Origin: Clostridia bacterium
GTDB lineage: Bacteria; Bacillota; Clostridia; Christensenellales; UBA1242
DNA length: 64,000 bases
Assembly (NCBI GenBank): GCA_900767715.1
Contig: CAAGAD010000005.1
Span: 151,632 to 215,631 of the forward strand
Direction of reading: 5' to 3'
Each line of letters opens with the position of its first letter. The first letter of the stretch is position 1. The position numbers and the translations under genes are program-made. The notes under the pieces are model-generated. The model was not told where the DNA came from, searched no databases, and saw nothing but the letters and a program-made list of their open reading frames with translations. Below, one piece after another: positions 60,751 through 64,000 of the stretch.

Positions 60751-62650
60751 AACTAAACAATCTAGACAAATGCCAAAGGTCGAAAAGCACACAATCAAGC
60801 GCCTTTTGACTTATCTAAAACCTTATCGTTTTAGGCTCATTTTGGTGGCAATTTGCATTATTGCCAGTGCCATTGTCAATGTTATGTCGTCACTATTCTT
60901 GCAGACGCTCATCGACAAATACATTTCACCACTTCTTCTCGAAGCCACGCCAAACTATGCGGGTTTGTTACGCACGCTTTGCCTAATGGGTGGTGTGTTC
61001 CTAATCGGCGTAGTCAGTTCGCTGTTCTACAACCGCGTTATGTCGGTCATCGCACAAGGTGTACTCCGCAATATTCGTAACGAAATGTTCGACCATATGC
61101 AGAGTTTGCCAATACGCTATTTCGACGAACGCACCAACGGCGAAGTGATGAGTCATTACACCAACGATGCGGACACTTTGCGCCAAATGATTTCGCAGAG
61201 CATTCCGCACATTTTCTCATCAATCATCACCATAATTTCGGTAGTGATTTCAATGCTACTTCTCAGTCTGTGGCTCAGCCTTTTCACATTCGCACTAGTA
61301 TTTTTGAGTATGTTCCTTGTGAAATACATCGCCAAACGCAGTGGCAAATATTATATGGCGCGCCAGTCATCTGTGGCAGAGTTCAACGGCTACATCGAAG
61401 AGATGATGAACGGTCAAAAAGTGGTCAAGGTATTTAACCACGAAGAAAAGGTTAAACAAGAATTCGACCAAAAAAATGACGACGTGAACGATAACTCCAC
61501 GCTTGCCAATAAATACGCCAGCATTATGATGCCACTTATGAACAATTTTGGCTACATTCTCTATGTGCTTGTGGCAATTCTTGGTGCGGGGCTTGCAATC
61601 GGCGGGGTTATGAACGTATCACTCAAAGGTGTCAATACGCTTTCTCTCGGTATGATTGCGTCATTCTTGACACTCACACGCAGTTTCATCAACCCAATCA
61701 GCCAAGTGGCTCAACAAGCCAACTCAATCATTATGGCAATGGCGGGCGCATCAAGAATATTCAAACTCTTGGACGAACCAGCCGAAGTCGATGACGGCTA
61801 TGTTACTCTTGTCAACATTGAGAAAAACGGCAAGAAAATCATCGAAACCGACCACGTCACAGGGCATTACGCGTGGAAACACCCACACCACAACGGCAGT
61901 GTGACATACACCGAACTCAAAGGTGACATCGAGTTTGAGAACGTCACATTCGGCTACACTCCGGACAAAATTGTGCTCAAAAACATCAACCTTTTCGCAC
62001 ACTCGGGCGAAAAAGTGGCACTCGTGGGCGCAACTGGAGCAGGCAAAACGACCATAACCAACCTATTGAACCGCTTTTACGATTTGGACTCGGGCAAGAT
62101 TCGTTACGACGGAATAAATATCAAGAAAATCAAGAAAGCCGACCTACGTCGCTCAATGGGAATGGTTTTGCAAGACGTTAAGTTGTTTACCGGCAGTGTG
62201 CTCGACAACATTCGTTATGGCGACCTAAACGCCAGCGACCAAAACTGTATCGACGTCAGCAAGCGCGCCAATGCGGACAATTTCATTACAATGTTGCCAG
62301 AGGGCTACAATACCGTGATTGACGGCGAGGGCAGTGGGCTGTCACAAGGTCAGCGACAACTCGTGTCAATCGCACGTGCCGAAGTGGTTGACCCACCAGT
62401 AATGATTTTGGACGAAGCCACCAGTTCCATCGACACCCGCACCGAAGCCCTCGTTCAGCGTGGAATGGATGCCTTGATGAAAGGCAGAACAGTCTTTGTC
62501 ATCGCACACAGACTATCCACCATTCAAAACGCGGACAACATCATCGTGCTTGACCACGGCGAAATCATTGAGCAAGGCAATCACGACCAACTCATCAGGC
62601 AAAAAGGCACTTACTATAGCCTTTACACTGGTGCGTTTGAATTGGAATAA
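60743..62650 (+). CDS. ABC exporter permease/ATPase subunit with canonical site (heterodimer partner 2)
   Basis: Walker A GATGAGKTT, signature LSQGQRQL, and Walker B VMILDEATSSID. ATG 60743 overlaps the upstream stop (ATGGCTAA). Confidence 0.9.
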   Translation: MAKTKQSRQMPKVEKHTIKRLLTYLKPYRFRLILVAICIIASAIVNVMSSLFLQTLIDKYISPLLLEATPNYAGLLRTLCLMGGVFLIGVVSSLFYNRVMSVIAQGVLRNIRNEMFDHMQSLPIRYFDERTNGEVMSHYTNDADTLRQMISQSIPHIFSSIITIISVVISMLLLSLWLSLFTFALVFLSMFLVKYIAKRSGKYYMARQSSVAEFNGYIEEMMNGQKVVKVFNHEEKVKQEFDQKNDDVNDNSTLANKYASIMMPLMNNFGYILYVLVAILGAGLAIGGVMNVSLKGVNTLSLGMIASFLTLTRSFINPISQVAQQANSIIMAMAGASRIFKLLDEPAEVDDGYVTLVNIEKNGKKIIETDHVTGHYAWKHPHHNGSVTYTELKGDIEFENVTFGYTPDKIVLKNINLFAHSGEKVALVGATGAGKTTITNLLNRFYDLDSGKIRYDGINIKKIKKADLRRSMGMVLQDVKLFTGSVLDNIRYGDLNASDQNCIDVSKRANADNFITMLPEGYNTVIDGEGSGLSQGQRQLVSIARAEVVDPPVMILDEATSSIDTRTEALVQRGMDALMKGRTVFVIAHRLSTIQNADNIIVLDHGEIIEQGNHDQLIRQKGTYYSLYTGAFELE

Positions 62651-62659
62651 ACTAAAATT

Positions 62660-62688
62660 AGACAAGGCAGATTGTGTCTTGTCTTTTT
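62660..62688 (+). terminator. Terminator after ABC exporter operon
   Basis: AGACAAG-loop-CTTGTCT hairpin plus a T-run. Confidence 0.6.
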
Positions 62689-62752
62689 GAATTAGCGTCA
62701 CATTTTTTACATATTCCGCGAAAAATCGCAAACACTAATCACGGAGGTCGTT

Positions 62753-62890
62753 ATGAAAGACTCTTTTGGATTAGGACTCGTAATGGGTATGGTCGCTGGC
62801 GTGGTGCTTATCAAAGCGTGCAAGCCGGCAGATAAGTTGGCGGACAAGGCTGAACAAGCAATCAAAAGCAAACTTAAAACCAACGATTAA
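62753..62890 (+). CDS. Small single-TM protein (45 aa), below the ORF-track cutoff
   Basis: SD GGAGG lies 6 nt upstream. It translates to MKDSFGLGLVMGMVAGVVLIKACKPADKLADKAEQAIKSKLKTND and is followed by a terminator. Confidence 0.45.
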   Translation: MKDSFGLGLVMGMVAGVVLIKACKPADKLADKAEQAIKSKLKTND

Positions 62891-62896
62891 TCCATA

Positions 62897-62924
62897 AAAA
62901 GCACTCGTAAAGGGTGCTTTTTTG
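62897..62924 (+). terminator. Terminator after the 45-aa ORF
   Basis: AAGCAC-loop-GTGCTT hairpin plus a T-run. Confidence 0.55.
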
Positions 62925-62939
62925 CTTGTCTTTTGGGTA

Positions 62940-62967
62940 TTGACAACTCGGCCATCTGTGGTATAAT
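62940..62967 (+). promoter_or_regulatory. Sigma-A promoter for floA
   Basis: TTGACA(62940-62945), 16 nt, TATAAT(62962-62967) with extended TGg. SD AAGGTAGGG. Confidence 0.6.
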
Positions 62968-62990
62968 TTAACCAAAAAGGTAGGGCATAG

Positions 62991-63998
62991 ATGAGTTTAA
63001 ACCAACTATTATCTGTTTCAATAGCATTTTGGATTTGTCTTGGCGTAATCGTAGTCGCCATTGGCGTGCTTATAGCGCTTGTGCCAATGAAAGTGTACGT
63101 GCGTGCGCTTGTTTCGGGCGCACACGTGTCGATGACGCGACTGGTTGGTATGCGTTTTCGCAAATGTGACGTCAAGGGCATTATCGGTCAATACATTATT
63201 GGCAAAAAGGCTGGTTTGAAACTCTCAATCGACGAAATCGAAACGCACGCAATGGCGGGCGGGAACATCGAGAATGTGACCAGTGCACTCATTGCAGCCA
63301 AAAGTGCGGGATTGAACCTTACTAACGAAGAAGCCAAAGCTATTGACTTGGCGGGTCGAGATGTGCTCAGTGCAGTGCGCAACAGCGTCAAGCCAGAAGT
63401 TATTATGACTCCAGAAATCAGCGCCGTTGCCAAAGACGGTATTGAGTTGAAAGTTAAAGCGCGTGTAACCGTAAAGACAGATTTGAAGAAAATCATCGGT
63501 TATGCCGGTCAAGAAACAATCATCGCTCGTGTAGGCGAGGGCATCGTCACCGCAGTTGGTTGTGCCGATAGTCACAAACTGGTTATGGAGAACCCAGACA
63601 TCATCTCAAGGACAGTTTTTAGAAAAGGTCTTGACCAAGACACCGCCTATATCATCGTTTCGCTAGATATTGCCGACATTTCGGTAGGCGAAAACATTGA
63701 TAGTAAACTCATCATCGACAAAGCCGAAGCGGAGAAAAAGGTCGCCCAAGCGCGCGCCGAAGAGCGCCGTGCACAAGCGATTGCCACCGAGTACGAAATG
63801 CGTGCCAAAGCACAAGAAATGCGTGCCGTAGTGCTCGCCGCCGAGAGCGAAGTGCCAAAAGCCATTGCCGCAGCATTCAAGCAAGGCAAGTTGGGTGTTA
63901 TGGACTATTATCGTATGCAAAATATGGTTGCCGACACAGATATGCGCAAGAGCCTTGCAAAACCTGACGAGAACGGCAAGCCAACGGAAGAATTCTAA
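62991..63998 (+). CDS. floA: Flotillin-like protein FloA (YqfA/UPF0365)
   Basis: N-terminal membrane hairpin, then VSGAHVSMTRLVGMRFRK...AGGNIENV...AIDLAGRDVL is colinear with B. subtilis FloA. C-terminal A/E-rich coiled coil. Confidence 0.9.
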   Translation: MSLNQLLSVSIAFWICLGVIVVAIGVLIALVPMKVYVRALVSGAHVSMTRLVGMRFRKCDVKGIIGQYIIGKKAGLKLSIDEIETHAMAGGNIENVTSALIAAKSAGLNLTNEEAKAIDLAGRDVLSAVRNSVKPEVIMTPEISAVAKDGIELKVKARVTVKTDLKKIIGYAGQETIIARVGEGIVTAVGCADSHKLVMENPDIISRTVFRKGLDQDTAYIIVSLDIADISVGENIDSKLIIDKAEAEKKVAQARAEERRAQAIATEYEMRAKAQEMRAVVLAAESEVPKAIAAAFKQGKLGVMDYYRMQNMVADTDMRKSLAKPDENGKPTEEF

Positions 63999-64000
63999 TG

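Overview
This is a 64-kb chromosomal segment from an endospore-forming Bacillota, Clostridia-like by gene content: spoIVA, yqfC/yqfD and a yqfC-yqfD-ybeY-era-yqzL-recO block are present. G+C looks mid-40s percent by eye, with a few extremely AT-rich patches. I call about 60 protein genes and almost all are housekeeping. They cover the following groups. (1) Redox and DNA repair: trxB, ung, nth, ogg, recO, ruvX. (2) GTPases: hflX, obg, der, era. (3) Proteostasis: mcsA-mcsB-clpC. (4) Cell wall: murF, ddl, alr, a DUF368/PopT-like protein. (5) Lipid: gpsA, plsY, degV. (6) tRNA/rRNA modification: tsaE, a tsaB-rimI fusion, rsmD, ybeY. (7) A type IIA topoisomerase pair. (8) feoAB, ppdK and valS. (9) An NitT/TauT-type ABC importer and a MarR-controlled heterodimeric ABC exporter. 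(10) floA, and a large 5'-truncated surface repeat protein. There is one tRNA-Leu(GAG). I recognised no rRNA, CRISPR array, transposase, integrase or phage genes. I could not identify a convincing multi-gene novel system such as a defence island, and most of the window is ordinary core genome. The observations I consider most worth follow-up are listed here. (a) Seven genes share an exact -35/17 nt/-10/6 nt/ATG layout with no Shine-Dalgarno sequence, so they are leaderless mRNA candidates. (b) A 40-bp palindrome-containing operator/promoter unit is tandemly triplicated upstream of the marR-ABC exporter operon, next to an orphan terminator hairpin. (c) A roughly 300-bp intergenic tract has about 7% G+C, and very AT-rich patches lie inside neighbouring genes. 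(d) MurF has its usual N-terminal domain replaced by a polytopic membrane module. (e) A double-length ThyX-like protein has the catalytic motifs split between its two halves. (f) Two monocistronic paralogous orphan genes sit in a lower-GC pocket after ppdK. (g) Clean sigma-E-type promoter matches lie upstream of spoIVA and yqfC. All functional calls rest on motif recognition by eye. No database search, folding or statistics could be run.
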